Below are positions 50,001 through 62,447 of a stretch of 64,000 nucleotides of DNA, in pieces. The number at the start of each line of letters is the position of its first letter. The first letter of the stretch is position 1. Origin of the DNA: Octopus sinensis (Eukaryota); assembly GCF_006345805.1 (NCBI RefSeq), contig NC_043020.1, positions 14,384,001-14,448,000 on the forward strand. Direction: 5' to 3'. The notes under the pieces were generated by a model. It ran no database searches and was not told the origin of the DNA. It saw nothing but the letters and a program-made list of their open reading frames with translations. A program made the position numbers and the translations under genes.

Positions 50001-50578
50001 GAACCACTGAATTAGCTTACATTTATGAGAGAAAAAGATGTGTTTTTCTTGTTTTATTTCTAAGTTTCTGTGATTTCATGTTTATTTGGTTCTTTTTTCA
50101 GGGGTTTTGAATATTATTTGTACATCGTTTCTGCCTCACATGAAGCTTGCAGTTATTGAGACAAGACTCTTTCACAACATAAGTTCAAAGGTAGGGGATT
50201 TAGTAGCAGTTCAAAAAAATTGAAGGAGCAACTCTACCCAACTGATAAGGGAGCCATTTGTTATTTACCCCAGTTTCTTTGACCTTTAAACATTATCAAC
50301 TCAGTATTTCTAAATGCTTATCATATAATAATCATTTCCTTCAGTTTGACTAATCAGCAGCAACTGCAGAAGGCCATATAATCTGTAATTGTTTCTCATT
50401 TCAAGATAAAAAGAAAATTGCTGTTTCCTGTAATTTCTCAAAAATTATTCAATGTTTTCAACCTTCTATAATTTATTTATTTTTCTTTTGGTGAAGGATG
50501 GATGGGTTACCATTGTTGAAGGATCTGTCACGCACTAACACACACACACTCACGTACACACATACATATATATATATA

Positions 50579-50615
<37 letters not shown>

Positions 50616-50763
50616 CGTATATATGTGTGCGTATATATATGTGCGTATATATGTGTGCGTATATATGTGTGTATATATATATGTGTGCGTATATATGTGT
50701 GTATATATATATGTGTGCATATATATATATAATATATATATGTGTGTGTATATGTATATATAT

Positions 50764-50808
<45 letters not shown>

Positions 50809-52597
50809 ATATATGTATATATATATATAGGCGCAGGAGTGGCTGTGTGGTAAGTAGCTTGTTTACCAACCACATGGTTCCGGGTTCAGTCCCACTGCGT
50901 GGCATCTTGGGCAAGTGTCTTCTGCTATAGCCCTGGGCCAACCAATGCCTTGTGAGTGGATTTGGTAGATGGAAACTGAAAGAAGCCTGTCGTATATATG
51001 TATATATATATATATGTGTATGTGTTTGTCCCCCTAGAATTGCTTGAGAACCGATGCTGGTGTGTTTATGTCCCCGTCACTTAGCGGTTCGGCAAAAGAG
51101 ACCGATAGAATAAGTACTGGGCTTACAAAGGATAAGTCCCGGGGTCGATTTGCTCGACTAAAGGCGGTGCTCCAGCATGGCTGCAGTCAAATGACTGAAA
51201 CATGTAAAAGAGAGTATATATATATATATATACATGCACCAGTGTTTGTGCCACATAAAAAGCACCCAGTCCACTTTGTAAAGTGGCTGGCATTAGGAGG
51301 AGCATCCAGCTGTAAAACCCATGCCAAAACAGACAGTGGAGCTTGATGCAGTCCTATGGCTTGCCAGCTCCTGTCAAATCATCCAACCCATGCCAGCCTT
51401 GGAAGACAGATGTTAAATGATGATGACGAAAAACCAAAATGCTTTTACATCTGTTTTTCCATGTTGGTATGGGTTGGACAAGTCTTTTCCAGCACAGCAT
51501 CTCACCACTTGTTGCATCTCATCATCATTGATCCTTGTGAAGTCAAATATTCCAAAGTCACACTTCAACACTTCTCACATTTTTCTGTGCCGGTGGCACA
51601 TAAAAAGCACCATCTGAACGTGGCCGATGCCAGCGCCGCCTCGACTGGCTTCTGTGCTGGTGGCACATAAAAAGCATCATCTGAACGTGGCTGATGCCAG
51701 CGCCGCCTCGACTGGCTTCTGTGCCGGTGGCACATAAAAAGCACCATCCGAATGTGGCCAATGCCAGCGCCGCCCTGACTGACTTCCGTGCCAGTGGCAC
51801 GTTAAAAGCACCAACCGATCGTGGCCGATGCCAGACTCCCCTGGCACGTAAAAAGCACCCACTATACTCGTGGAGTGGTTGGCATTAGGAAGGGCATCCA
51901 GCTGTAGAAACACTGCCAGATCAGACTAGAGCCTGGTGCAGCCCCTGGCTTCCCAGAACCCAGTCGAACCGTCCAACCCGTGCTAGCGCGGAAAACGGAC
52001 GTTAAACGATGATGATGATGAATTTATTTCAATCTTAGACTTTCATATTTCCATACAAGCACAGTCTTTGAATTTGTGTATGATGGCCGAGTCCTCTGAC
52101 ATCCAGTTTTTCTCTTGGCTTCTTTATTTCGGCTGGCTAACATTGCACATCAAGTGGTGCCTTTATCTTCTATCTTTTACTTGTTTCACCACCTTGAAGA
52201 ATTTTTAGTCAAATGAATCGACCTTAAGCCTAGTACTTATTCTATTAGTCACTTTTGCTGTATCACTAAGTTCCAGGGATGTAAATGTACAAACACCAGT
52301 TGTCAAGTGGTGGTAGGGGACAAACACAGACACAGATATATATATCTGTAAAATAATATGTGACAATTATTCGGTAGCCAAGATAAAACTGTGTTTCAGA
52401 TGCCGAGGTGGAAAACCACAACACCATCTCTTTGGTTATCTGGCCATCTGAAAAACGCTATGAAAAAAGACCGTTATACAAAAGGAAATTACTGTGTTAT
52501 AGTCTGCTACTTATATAAAAGCGCTAATTCAATGACCGCTAATTAAAATTTTCTCTATTGAGGTCTCTTTCTTTCTTTTGTTATCTTACCGTTTTTA

Positions 52598-52631
<34 letters not shown>

Positions 52632-55600
52632 GATCTTTCAGTTTCTGTCTACTAAACTCACTCAGAAGGCATTGGTTGGACTGTGGTAATAATAGAAGAC
52701 ACTTACCCAAGGTGCCACAAGTGGGACTGAACCCAGAATCATGTGCTTGGGAAACAAACTTCTTACCACACAGCCACCTGTTTACTTCATTTCTTCCTAA
52801 CCTTCACATATCCTCATTCAGTGACCATGCATCACACATAAGTATGATATTGCATGGTAGTAGCAGTGTCATACTTATGTGTGATGTCTGTCTGTCTTTC
52901 AGGTAACATCACAGAGAGAGAAACCTTTTTATTACCAACAAAAGTAACAACTCTCATATTCCACCTTCTTATTCTTGCTGCTATTCTGTTGACACATTTA
53001 CCTCCATTGCTAATTTTGAGTCCATCATCATCATCATTTAGCGTCCGCTTTCCATGCTAGCATGGGTTGGACGGTTCAACTGGGGTCTGGGAAGCCAGAA
53101 GGCTGCACCAGGCCCAGTCTGATCTGGCAATGTTTCTACGGCTGGATGCTCTTCCTAACGCCAACCACTCCGTGAGTGTAGTGGGTGCTTTTACGTGCCA
53201 CCGGCATAGTCAATGACTTCTAAACAAGTTTTCTGGTCACTTGAAAGACTTCATCTCATGGTTATTCTTACTTCCTATTTTAAATATTTTACCTTTTAAA
53301 ACAAGACCAACAACTTATTTTATTAGAATACAAATTGTAAGCCACACATAATTCGTGAACTTGATAAGCCAATGAGAGAAGGAGCAGCTTGATCTTCTTA
53401 AAATAACATATTATTTTGATAAAGGAAGGCTACATTACATAAGGAAAGGTCTATTCAAACAGGGTTGGCTTTTGATGCTCTTCCTGGCACAAACAGTCCG
53501 ACTGTGACTCTTTTCATCTAGGATGTAAAGTGGTTGGTGTTAGGAAAGGCATCAAGCTGTAGAAACCATGCCAAAATAGACAGTGGAGCCTCTGGCCTTA
53601 CCAGCTTCTCTCAAGCCATCCAATCCATGTCAGCATGGAAAACAAACATTAAATTATGATGGTAACATGGCCCACAGCTGCCTTTAGTAGAGTCTTCTCT
53701 GTGTTGTAAGTATTTAAGGAAGGTCTCTGGTCTAAGTGCCCTCACCTCTTTAGTGTCTGCTTCCCTGAAATACATTTTGACTGCTGCTCTTTTTCTTGTA
53801 TTAAAACACAAAAAAATGCATCTTTTCTAGGGACCAGCATCTTAATCATCATCATTTAACGTCTGCTTTCCATGCTAGCATGGGTTGGACGATTTGACTG
53901 AGGACTGGCAAACCAGATGGCTGCACCAGGCTCCAATCTGATCTGGCAGAGTTTCTACAGCTGGATGCCCTTCCTAACGCCAACCACTCTGAGAGTGTAG
54001 CGGGTGCTTTTATGTGCCACCGACATGAGGGCCAGTCAGGCAGTACTGGCAATGGCCATGCTCAATGGTGTTTTTTACGTGCCACCTGCACAGGAGCCAG
54101 TCCAGTGGCACTGGCAACGACCTCGCTTGAATGTTTTTCACATGCCACTGGCACAATTGCCAGTAAGGCGACGCTGATAACAATTACGTTTGAATTGTGC
54201 TTTTTACGTGCCACTGGCACAGAAGCCAGTCAGTTGCTCTGGCAGCGATCACGCTTGATTAACTATACTATAATTAACAATACAATAATAACATTGTGTA
54301 ACAAAATTTTTATTTCTGTCTTTGGTCAGTAAGTGTTATCTCCTATTTACTTCTATCTAGAAATCAATAGAAATCATTACTATTCCCTTCAAACTTTGCT
54401 TTTCTGACCTGAACATCAATGTTTTGAAAACTGACCTATTTTCCATTACATTTCAGACAGATTCAGCACTGGGTTGCTGAAGCAGAAATATCATTATAAC
54501 TGGTATTCTGCTCACTACCACAGATTTTCTTGTCAGTTGTTTGACCTTTACCACTTGAGTATGTCCCTTAATGGCTGACAATATGTGCATCTCAGATCAT
54601 GAGCAAGAGTAGTTGGGGAGGACCATAGCCATGTGTTGAGAGGGATTCTTTTAGGGTTTGAATAGATGTAACAAAAGCAAAGTCTGAAGGAAATATTAAC
54701 CATTTTCCATACTTTTTAGGAGTAAGCAAGTAGGAAATAACTGTTGCTACCCAAGGAAAAAATTGTATTACACAGTGTAATTAACTATACTATAATAATT
54801 AGCTATACTATAATTAGTTTAATAACAAAATTACTATTCCATTTCTTGCCAGTATTAAAGGTAAGATATAAATTACTTTATAGTTTACCAAAAAGCAAGA
54901 TTTAGGGTTTTGAAGAATTACAGTTTCCTCACATTTTGTAGAAGATAGGGTTTCATTTATTCTCTTTGGAACAGTAGAAATATTGCAATTTCCAATTCCT
55001 CATACATTGAAAATTACAAAGCCTAATTGAATATTCCGTCTGTGTTCCAGATAAATGATTTGTTGGCAGAGATACTAGAAAATGCTAAGCAAATTCAAGA
55101 AGTTACAGAAAAGTCATCTGAATGCCACCAAGACGTTGTGGCTATGCTGAAGGTAAGTTTCCAATATATAATCAAAAGTGACGAGCCAGCAGAATCGTTA
55201 GCGTGCTGGATGAAATGCTTAGTGGTATTTCGCTCAGCATGGCCATGTAGTAAAAAATTTGCTTCTCAACCGCATGGTTCCGGGAAAAAAAAAAAAGAAA
55301 AAGGCGGCAAGCTGGCAGAAACGTTGGCACGCCGGGCGAAATGCTCAGCGATATTTCGTCTGCCGCTAGATTCTGAGTTCAAATTCCGCCGAGGTCGACT
55401 TTGCCTTTCATCCTTTCGGGGTTGATTAAATAAGTACCAGTTATGCACTGGGGTCGATATAATCAACTTCACATGTTTGTCTGTCCTTGTTTGTCCCCTC
55501 TGTGTTTAGCCCCTTGTGGGTAGTAAAGAAATAGGTATTTCGCCCATTGCTATGTTCTAAGTTCAAATTCCACTGTGGTCAACTTTGCCTTTCTTCCTTC

Positions 55601-55713
55601 AGGGATCAATAAAGTAAGTACCAGTTGAACATGGGTCAATGTAATTAACTTATCCACACTTCCCCCAAGCTGCCCTTGTGGAAAAAATTTGAAATAATAA
55701 TAATAACAATTAT

Positions 55714-55754
<41 letters not shown>

Positions 55755-57977
55755 GCCAAACAGAATTTTTAGAACACTGGAGAAAAATACCTCATGGTAT
55801 CTGTTTTGGTTCTTTAACTTCTGTGTTCAAATTCCAAATTGGTCAAACTTTTGGAGTTGATAAAATAAGTACCAGTTAAATATTGGAGTCCATTTAATAA
55901 TCAGTGCTGATCCCTTAAATCTAAGACCCTATATTTATGTTAAAAAGTTTTCTTTTTTTAATTAAAAAAATTTTTTGTTTTTATATATTATTTACATTTG
56001 ACGGATGTTTGTCCTCATCTTGTTTGTTGTGAACACAACATTTCGGCTGATATACCCTCCATCCTTCTTCAGGTGTCTTGGGGAAATTTCAAACCTGGGT
56101 TCTCATTCCTAAGGTAGTTTTCAATGTTATTATTATTATTATTATTATTCAGGTCACTGCGTGGTATCAAACTTGGAATGTTGGAGTTAGTAGCCCGTGC
56201 TCTTAACCAGTATGACATGACCACGGGTATATGGCGTAGTGGTTTAGAGCACGGGCTGCTAGCCCCAAGATTCTGAATTTGGACAATAATAATACCATCG
56301 AAAAATACCTGAGGAATAAGAGCCCAGGTTCGAATTTTCCCTAAGACACCTGAAGAAGGCTGGAGGGTATATCAGCCGAAACGTTGTGTTAACAACAAAA
56401 AGATGAGGACAAATATCCGTCGAATGTAAATAATGTACATAATTCCTCATCTCTTACATATAGAACTGTATTTTTATTTTTATTTTTATTTTGTATATTA
56501 ACAGCTTGCTTTAAATATCGTGGAATCTACAGAGAGTTGCATGAAATATGTGTGCGGAGCCAGTGAACTTGTCGACTTGGAAAATATACATTCCTTGCTC
56601 TCTTCTGTCCTCAGAGTTTTAACACAATCTTATGAACATTGTAAAGTAAGTTCAGTTTAATTAAATATTTTTAGGGTTGCAATGTTCTGCAAAGTTTGAG
56701 CAAGATGCTCCATTCTAACACCAACTAATCAGATGAGAACTGACGGTGATCCCTGCTTTTTAGCTAAGTTCACTGAAGTATGCTAAGGGTTATACCTTGT
56801 GTTTGCTTTTAGCTGAGTTTGAAGTATTATGGCAGTTAAAAGTCTTTCATTTGTACCATTGTTGATGACCAATGTTTTGTAGGAGAGGTTTCAAAATTAT
56901 TGTGCCCGACTGACCTCCGTGCTGGTGGCACGTAAAAAGCACCATCCGATTGTGGCCGTTGCCAGCCTCGTCTGGCACCTGTGCAGGTGGCACGTAAAAA
57001 GCACCATCCGATCGTGGCTATTTGTCAGCCTCGTCTGGCACCTGTGCAGGTGGCATGTAAAAAGCACCCACTACACTCTCGGAGTGGTTGGCGTTAGGAA
57101 GGGCATCCAGCCATAGAAACACTGCCAGATCAGACTGGAGCCTGGTGCAGCCTCCTGGCTTCCCAGACCCCGGTTGAACCGTCCAACCCATGCTAGCATG
57201 GAAAGCGGACGTTAAACGATGGTGATGGACACTATTCCTATTGGTGAAGGCATGGTTTTGTAGATATAAAGGTATAGATGTGGCTGTGGTTAAGAAGTTT
57301 GCATCCCAACCCTATGGTTATGAGTTCAGTCCCACTGTGTGTCACTTTGGCCATGTACCTTCTATTCTGGCCTCAGACTGGCCTAATCCTTGTGGGTGAA
57401 TTCGGTAGGCAAAAACTGAAAGAAAACCATCGTGGGTGTATGTCGGTGTGTCTCCTTATCTTCACATTGTGTGATAGTTGTAAATGAGTGTCACTGTCAT
57501 ACAAGCAGTGTAATTCATTTCCAGTATTTTGCAAAAATGTATCTGGGCATGGAAAAACCTTACCCTGCTTGGAAACAGGTGAGGGTGGTAAAAGAAAAGG
57601 CAAGCACAGAAAAGAGAATATTGAAACAATTGTATTTTAAGGGCCCCTGAAAAATTTTGCTTTAGATGTATGTATTTGGATGTATTACAAGAAACAGTTA
57701 GGTTCTTTCTCAAATGTTTTACATAGTTCAACCTACACAAGTGAATGTGTGAGAAAGGAGAATAGTAATTTCGAAAGAAATGTCTATAAAACTAGTTTCT
57801 AAACATAGAATGACTATGGGGGTCCACCAGAATAAGATAGTAATTGAAGGGGTCCATAGATAAAAAATGATTGAGAACCCCAGATGTTGATTAAAACAGA
57901 AAAAATGATACCTTGACACACACTTGTTTCTGATTATTTTTATGTATAGCTTAACAAAGCTATAATATTGATAATAA

Positions 57978-58016
<39 letters not shown>

Positions 58017-61000
58017 CATACATATAATAATAATATTAGGGAGTATAACTCCAAACTTACAGGGAAAAATTCTATTTAGTATTAAATCAAATTTCACAAT
58101 ATAAATATATGAAAAAAAAAAATATATATATATATATAATATATATATATATAATATTAGGGAGTATAACTCCAAACTTACAGGGAAAAATTCAATTTAG
58201 TATTAAATCAAATTTCACAATATAAATATATAAAATATAAATTAGAGATAAAACCACTATTATGCAACTCAAACAGTGATATACATAAACCAAACATAAA
58301 TAACAAATAAAATATATTTTAATAAAACATATAACTTGTAACTAGATCTCAAAAAGTATAAAATGAATGGTCAATATATAATAAGTAATAAGTAAAAAAA
58401 CTTATATATTGACCATTCATTTTATACTTTTTGAGATCTAGTTATATGTTTTATTAAAATATATTTTATTTGTTATTTATGTTTTGGTTTATGTCTATCA
58501 CTGTTTGAGTTGCATAACAGTGGTTATATCTCTAATTTATGTATTATACACACACACACACATATGTTTTTACTTGCTCCAGTCATTAGACTGTGGCCAT
58601 GCTGGAGCACTGCACTAAAGGATTTTTAGTTGAATGAATTGACTGCAGTATTTATGCTAATTCATTTTTTAAAGGCTGATGATTATCCTATCAGTTTCTT
58701 TTGTTGAATATGTGAATATTGGCTCTTTTTATAAATAACTGACATTCCTAAATGACAACTGCTGAAACATGATGTAGAAGAACTAGACTTCTTTTAATGA
58801 TATTAACCATGTCTGCGTAACTGAAATATTCTCTACCATTTGTTCCAGGAGAGTCCTACCATTTATGGTGACCTGTTGCCACTTTTATCTGATGTTTTGT
58901 CCAGTTTCTTCAAAAAGACTCACCAACTACAAACTGTAACTATTGGCTTACCTTTTCTCACATGATTTCTAAAATTCCTTTTATCTTTCAATGTTATATT
59001 CTTGTAATTATAGAGATAAGCTCTTTAAACACTTTCAACACTGACAATTACTACATGACTGATATTTCTCTTTAGTTTCTAATCCATTAAGATTAAAAGC
59101 AAATTCACCATCACCAGATTAAATGCTAATTTAACAGATAAATTTCCCCAGACACTGTGGGTATCTTTTCATTTTGGCATAATTGGAACTAGTAATACAG
59201 CTTAGTGTTTTACCCAAGACACACAAGCATGGCCCAGTTTTTAAGAAGTTTGCTTCCTATCCATGTGGTTTTGGGATCAGTTCCACTGAGTGGCACCTTG
59301 AGCTAGTGTCTTTTACAACAGCTCTGGGCCAACTAAAACTTTTGAGTGGATTATATGTGTGTATAAGCGAGAGATCAACAAAACTCCTTGTAACACCAAA
59401 TATGAACTGAAGGCAAAGATTATGGCAGCATTCACCAACTTAAACAAGGAGAGAGTCTAGAAGAGTTGCAGGAGATTCTGAAGTTGTCTGGCGGTCATGT
59501 TTGAAGCCAATGGTGATTTTATTGAATACATTTACTCTTTAGTATTTCAAGATATTTTTGTGTAATGTTGATAAATAGATCTGCTAAAATGTCGGTGTTA
59601 TTTTCATTTTTGCATAATTTAGACAACAGCTTATTCATTGCACCCTGTACTCTTTTACTTGTTTCAGTCATTTGACTGCGGCCATGCTGGAGCACTGCCT
59701 TTAGTCGAACAAATCGACCCTGTGACTTATTCTTTGTAAGCCCAGTACTTATTCTATCGGTCTCTTTTGCCGAACCGCTAAGTGACGGCGACGTAAACAC
59801 ACCAGCATCGGTTGTCAAGCAATGCTAGGGGGCAAACACAGATACACAAACATATACACACACATACATATATATGTATATACATATATACGATGGGCTT
59901 CTTTCAGTTTCCATCTACCAAATCCACTCACAAGGCTTTGGTCGGCCCGAGGCTATAGTAGACGACACTTGCCCAAGATGCCATGCAGTGGGACTGAACC
60001 CGGAACCATGTGGTTGGTAAGCAAGCTACTTACCACACAGCCACTCCTGCGCCTTCAAAATATGTTTGATATTTTTCATCATCTTGGAAGGGTACATGAA
60101 AACAATGACCTGGAATTGGCAATGAAAGTTATCTAAAATTTATAGAACTGTTTCTGAAAAATTAAACTCCAAATTGAATGGGAATTTAAAGTTATACTGT
60201 GAATATTAAAATGTATTTCTTGGTTTGGTTAATGTTAATCTTGTTTCTTGTTTTCAGACAACATTATGCTGTTTGGAAAAAATAAACATCAAGTCAACTG
60301 AACAAGATGTTGTTGATCTTTGTTCAAGTAAGTCGATATTCTCAACTCCTATTTACTTCAACTGGTATAGATTTAATGAAATTGTAATCTGTTAGATATA
60401 ATATACTGAACCTCAGCAGACAATGTGTGTGTGCATGTGTGTATGCTACATAAAAAGGATCTGTACTGGTGCTATGTTAAAAGCACCGAGTACACTCTGT
60501 GGAGTGGTTAGCATTGGAAGGGCATCCAGCTGTAGAAACCAAGCCAAAACACAATGGAGCCTGGCACAGTCGTCTGAATTGCCAGCTCCGGTCAAATCGT
60601 CCAACCCATGCTAGCATGGAACATACTCATTAAATGATGATAAAGATGTGTGTACATGTGGCGATATATATATTACATATATATATATATATATATATAT
60701 ATAGAACAAACTTACTTAGAAATGGATGCGTGCGTTCCGTCATAAAATAAATTAATAAATAAAATAAAACATATGCATATATAAATACATATATGTACGT
60801 ACCTACCTCTACATGTATATATACATGCATATATGGGTACAGGACACCAAAAAACGTCGAACACTATGAGAAACGAAAACATAAACACAAAATCAAAGAA
60901 AAGGACATTTTTCTTAAACAACGAAAAAATAGAGTACAGGACATACAATACAAGGAAAATTCCCCTTCTTCAGTCACCTCTGTTTCATCTACTCCGCTTT

Positions 61001-61278
61001 ATATATACATATACACACACACATACATACAGATGCAGGCATGGCTGTTGCTTCCCAACCACATTAAGTTCAGTCCCATTGCATGACGTCTTGGGTAAGT
61101 GTGTTTAATTATAGCTCTCGACTGACTAAAGTCTTTTGATGTGTTGTATTTTATAAACTGTTCAACATAAAGCATTTCATCGTTTCTTTTCAGCCTGCCA
61201 CAGTTTGTTGTCTCTTTGCCAACTGGTTCCAGCTCTTGACATCAAGATTATGATTGGTCTATGGAAGTCTTTAGCCAG
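46919..61278 (+). CDS. FIRRM: FIRRM / C1orf112 / FLIP (FIGNL1-interacting regulator of recombination and mitosis), 5' part: join(46919-47008,48723-48762,50102-50190,55051-55152,56505-56645,58849-58935,60258-60327,61194-61278); continues beyond the window
   Basis: Spliced translation [58 protein letters not shown]...[52 protein letters not shown]...CHSLLSLCQ...LWKSLA is colinear with the human C1orf112 N-terminus as recalled (SWPEELCRRELPSVLPRL; ILKIIVEMFLPHM; LENIQSLPSSVLHIIKSTFVHCK; IHSLLDIC...TWKFI). All phases are consistent. Confidence 0.88.
47009..48722 (+). other. U12-type (minor spliceosome) GT-AG intron
   Basis: 5' splice site GTATCCTTT and branch point TTTTCCTTAAT about 10 nt before AG, with no long polypyrimidine tract. 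Confidence 0.88.
47296..47942. mobile_element. Foldback element with ~285-bp inverted arms, related to the GGATCTTTTC family
   Basis: 8-bp TSD TAATTATG (47288-95, 47943-50); left and right arms are reverse complements. Confidence 0.82.
48723..48762 (+). CDS. FIRRM: FIRRM 40-nt coding exon 2 ([14 protein letters not shown])
   Basis: U12 branch-point TTTTCCTTAAT at 48703-48713, AG at 48721-22, donor G|gtaagt. It supplies the phase 0->1 switch needed to join the flanking exons. Confidence 0.85.
50102..50190 (+). CDS. FIRRM: FIRRM coding exon 3 ([29 protein letters not shown])
   Basis: Acceptor ttttttcag, donor AAG|gtaggg. Confidence 0.9.
50830..51213 (+). mobile_element. SINE family A in a FIRRM intron
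   Basis: Full head and tail. Confidence 0.8.
51585..52020 (+). mobile_element. SINE-like family C with variable ~60-67-bp internal subrepeats and (GAT)n tail (copies about 12840-13365 +, 20366-20690 -, 22905-23245 +, 28525-28800 -, 53020-53210 -, 53845-54255 -, 56917-57226 +)
   Basis: Recurrent GTGCCGGTGGCACGTAAAAAGCACCATCCGA subunits, then GGAGTGGTTGGCGTTAGGAAGGGCATCCAG...GGACGTTAAACGATGATGAT. Confidence 0.75.
55051..55152 (+). CDS. FIRRM: FIRRM coding exon 4 ([34 protein letters not shown])
   Basis: Acceptor gttccag, donor AAG|gtaagt; 102 nt, phase 0-0. Confidence 0.82.
55981..56442. mobile_element. Head-to-head inverted pair of a tRNA-headed SINE-like element with (AAT)n spacer and Penelope-like HHR tail
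   Basis: 55981-56225 is the imperfect reverse complement of 56226-56442. A-box TGGCGTAGTGG at 56232-56242. Confidence 0.7.
56345..56390 (+). ncRNA. Minimal type I hammerhead ribozyme motif (Penelope-associated type)
   Basis: GACAC-CTGAAGA-A-GGCTG(gagggtatat)CAGCC-GAAA-CGTT-GTGTT: stem I GACAC/GTGTT, stem II GGCTG/CAGCC, palindromic ACGT stem III, GUU cleavage triplet. One extra A lies between the core and stem II. Confidence 0.62.
56505..56645 (+). CDS. FIRRM: FIRRM coding exon 5 (LALNIVES...[23 protein letters not shown])
   Basis: Acceptor attaacag, donor AAA|gtaagt; 141 nt, phase 0-0. Confidence 0.9.
58849..58935 (+). CDS. FIRRM: FIRRM coding exon 6 ([29 protein letters not shown])
   Basis: Acceptor gttccag, donor ACT|gtaact; 87 nt, phase 0-0. 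Confidence 0.87.
59648..60053 (-). mobile_element. SINE family A in a FIRRM intron
   Basis: Full head and tail on the minus strand. Confidence 0.8.
60258..60327 (+). CDS. FIRRM: FIRRM coding exon 7 ([23 protein letters not shown])
   Basis: Acceptor gttttcag, donor A|gtaagt; 70 nt, phase 0-1. Confidence 0.8.
61194..61278 (+). CDS. FIRRM: FIRRM coding exon 8 ([28 protein letters not shown])
   Basis: Acceptor cttttcag, donor AG|gtaaat; 85 nt, phase 1-2. Confidence 0.87.
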
Positions 61279-62447
61279 GTAAATGTTTTATTTGCCACTT
61301 TGGTGTTTAATGTGAGAGGAAGGGAATAGATGTAGTCAACAATAACAGTTGCATTGTTTTAGCTGATTAACCCTTTAGTGTTCAGATTAATCTGTCAAAT
61401 GTAATGCTTATTTGCTCATATTATTTTGAATTATTCAGGTCCAAGAGGGATGTTCACTATATTTGCTTGTAACTTTGTCAATTTTTTACATGCAGATTTG
61501 AAATTTTGTCAGTGGGTGCTTATATACCAGTGGTTTATAGTTATGTAATTTTAGCTGATCTAATTATATTTGACTTTTATGGGCAGGTAAATTTAATTAA
61601 CAGTTGTAAAAGCAATAACATTATAGATAAACACTGAAATTGAAATTCTTAATGCATCTTACCTGTCTGATTTGTTACTAAAATCATCCCAGATGTCAAC
61701 CATCAACAATTTTGCCACTTTTCAAGTGAGGTATGTTATTTCTGAATATTTCATTCAAAAATTTTCATTGAAAATAAGGTACAAAACTCTTTTACTAGTC
61801 AATATACCATTGGCTATGTACTCTTATACAATTTGATGAATACATTTACATAACAGAATGCATCTAATGAAAAAGCTCATTTACAGGTGAGACAAAGGTG
61901 AATACAGGTGTGTAACACACTTTCACATATTATTTGTTATAAAATGAAAGGAATATATGATAGTATTTCTATCAAACAACAAAATATAGTTATGCCATAT
62001 TGCTATCGTGAAAATGTCCAAAGCACCCTTTACGCAAGGGCATTTTTGCAAAACAAACACATATATGAGGTCTCAACCTGATATCCTTTCACAGTTTTTC
62101 TTTTTTGCAGCAAACACAGTCTGGAAGCCTTTTTTCCTTCCATTTATTTTTTCCTCTTTAAGGAGGTCAATGTTTTCTCTGTTGACACCTCAGTTGATTT
62201 TGCTTTTCTCACAGTTCTGTGCTTTCTAGAAGAAATGCCCTCACGTAACTGAGACGCAATGTCAACCCCAAATTTCAAATGGTTGTAGTTCTTTGGTGGC
62301 AGAGGTACCTTGTGGCTTTTTACATAAACAATATATGAATTAACTGTAGTTAGACATAATGCCGGAGAAATATGAATCCCCATACCTTATATCAGGACTC
62401 CAGTAGTTCCACAGTTGAGGAAGCTGCTTGTTACCATACGTAATAAT

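Noticed and set aside
60700-61000. Penelope-like (TA)n-flanked module with CTGAAGA on the minus strand
   Set aside because: No GAAA at the required position after stem II, so it is not called a hammerhead.
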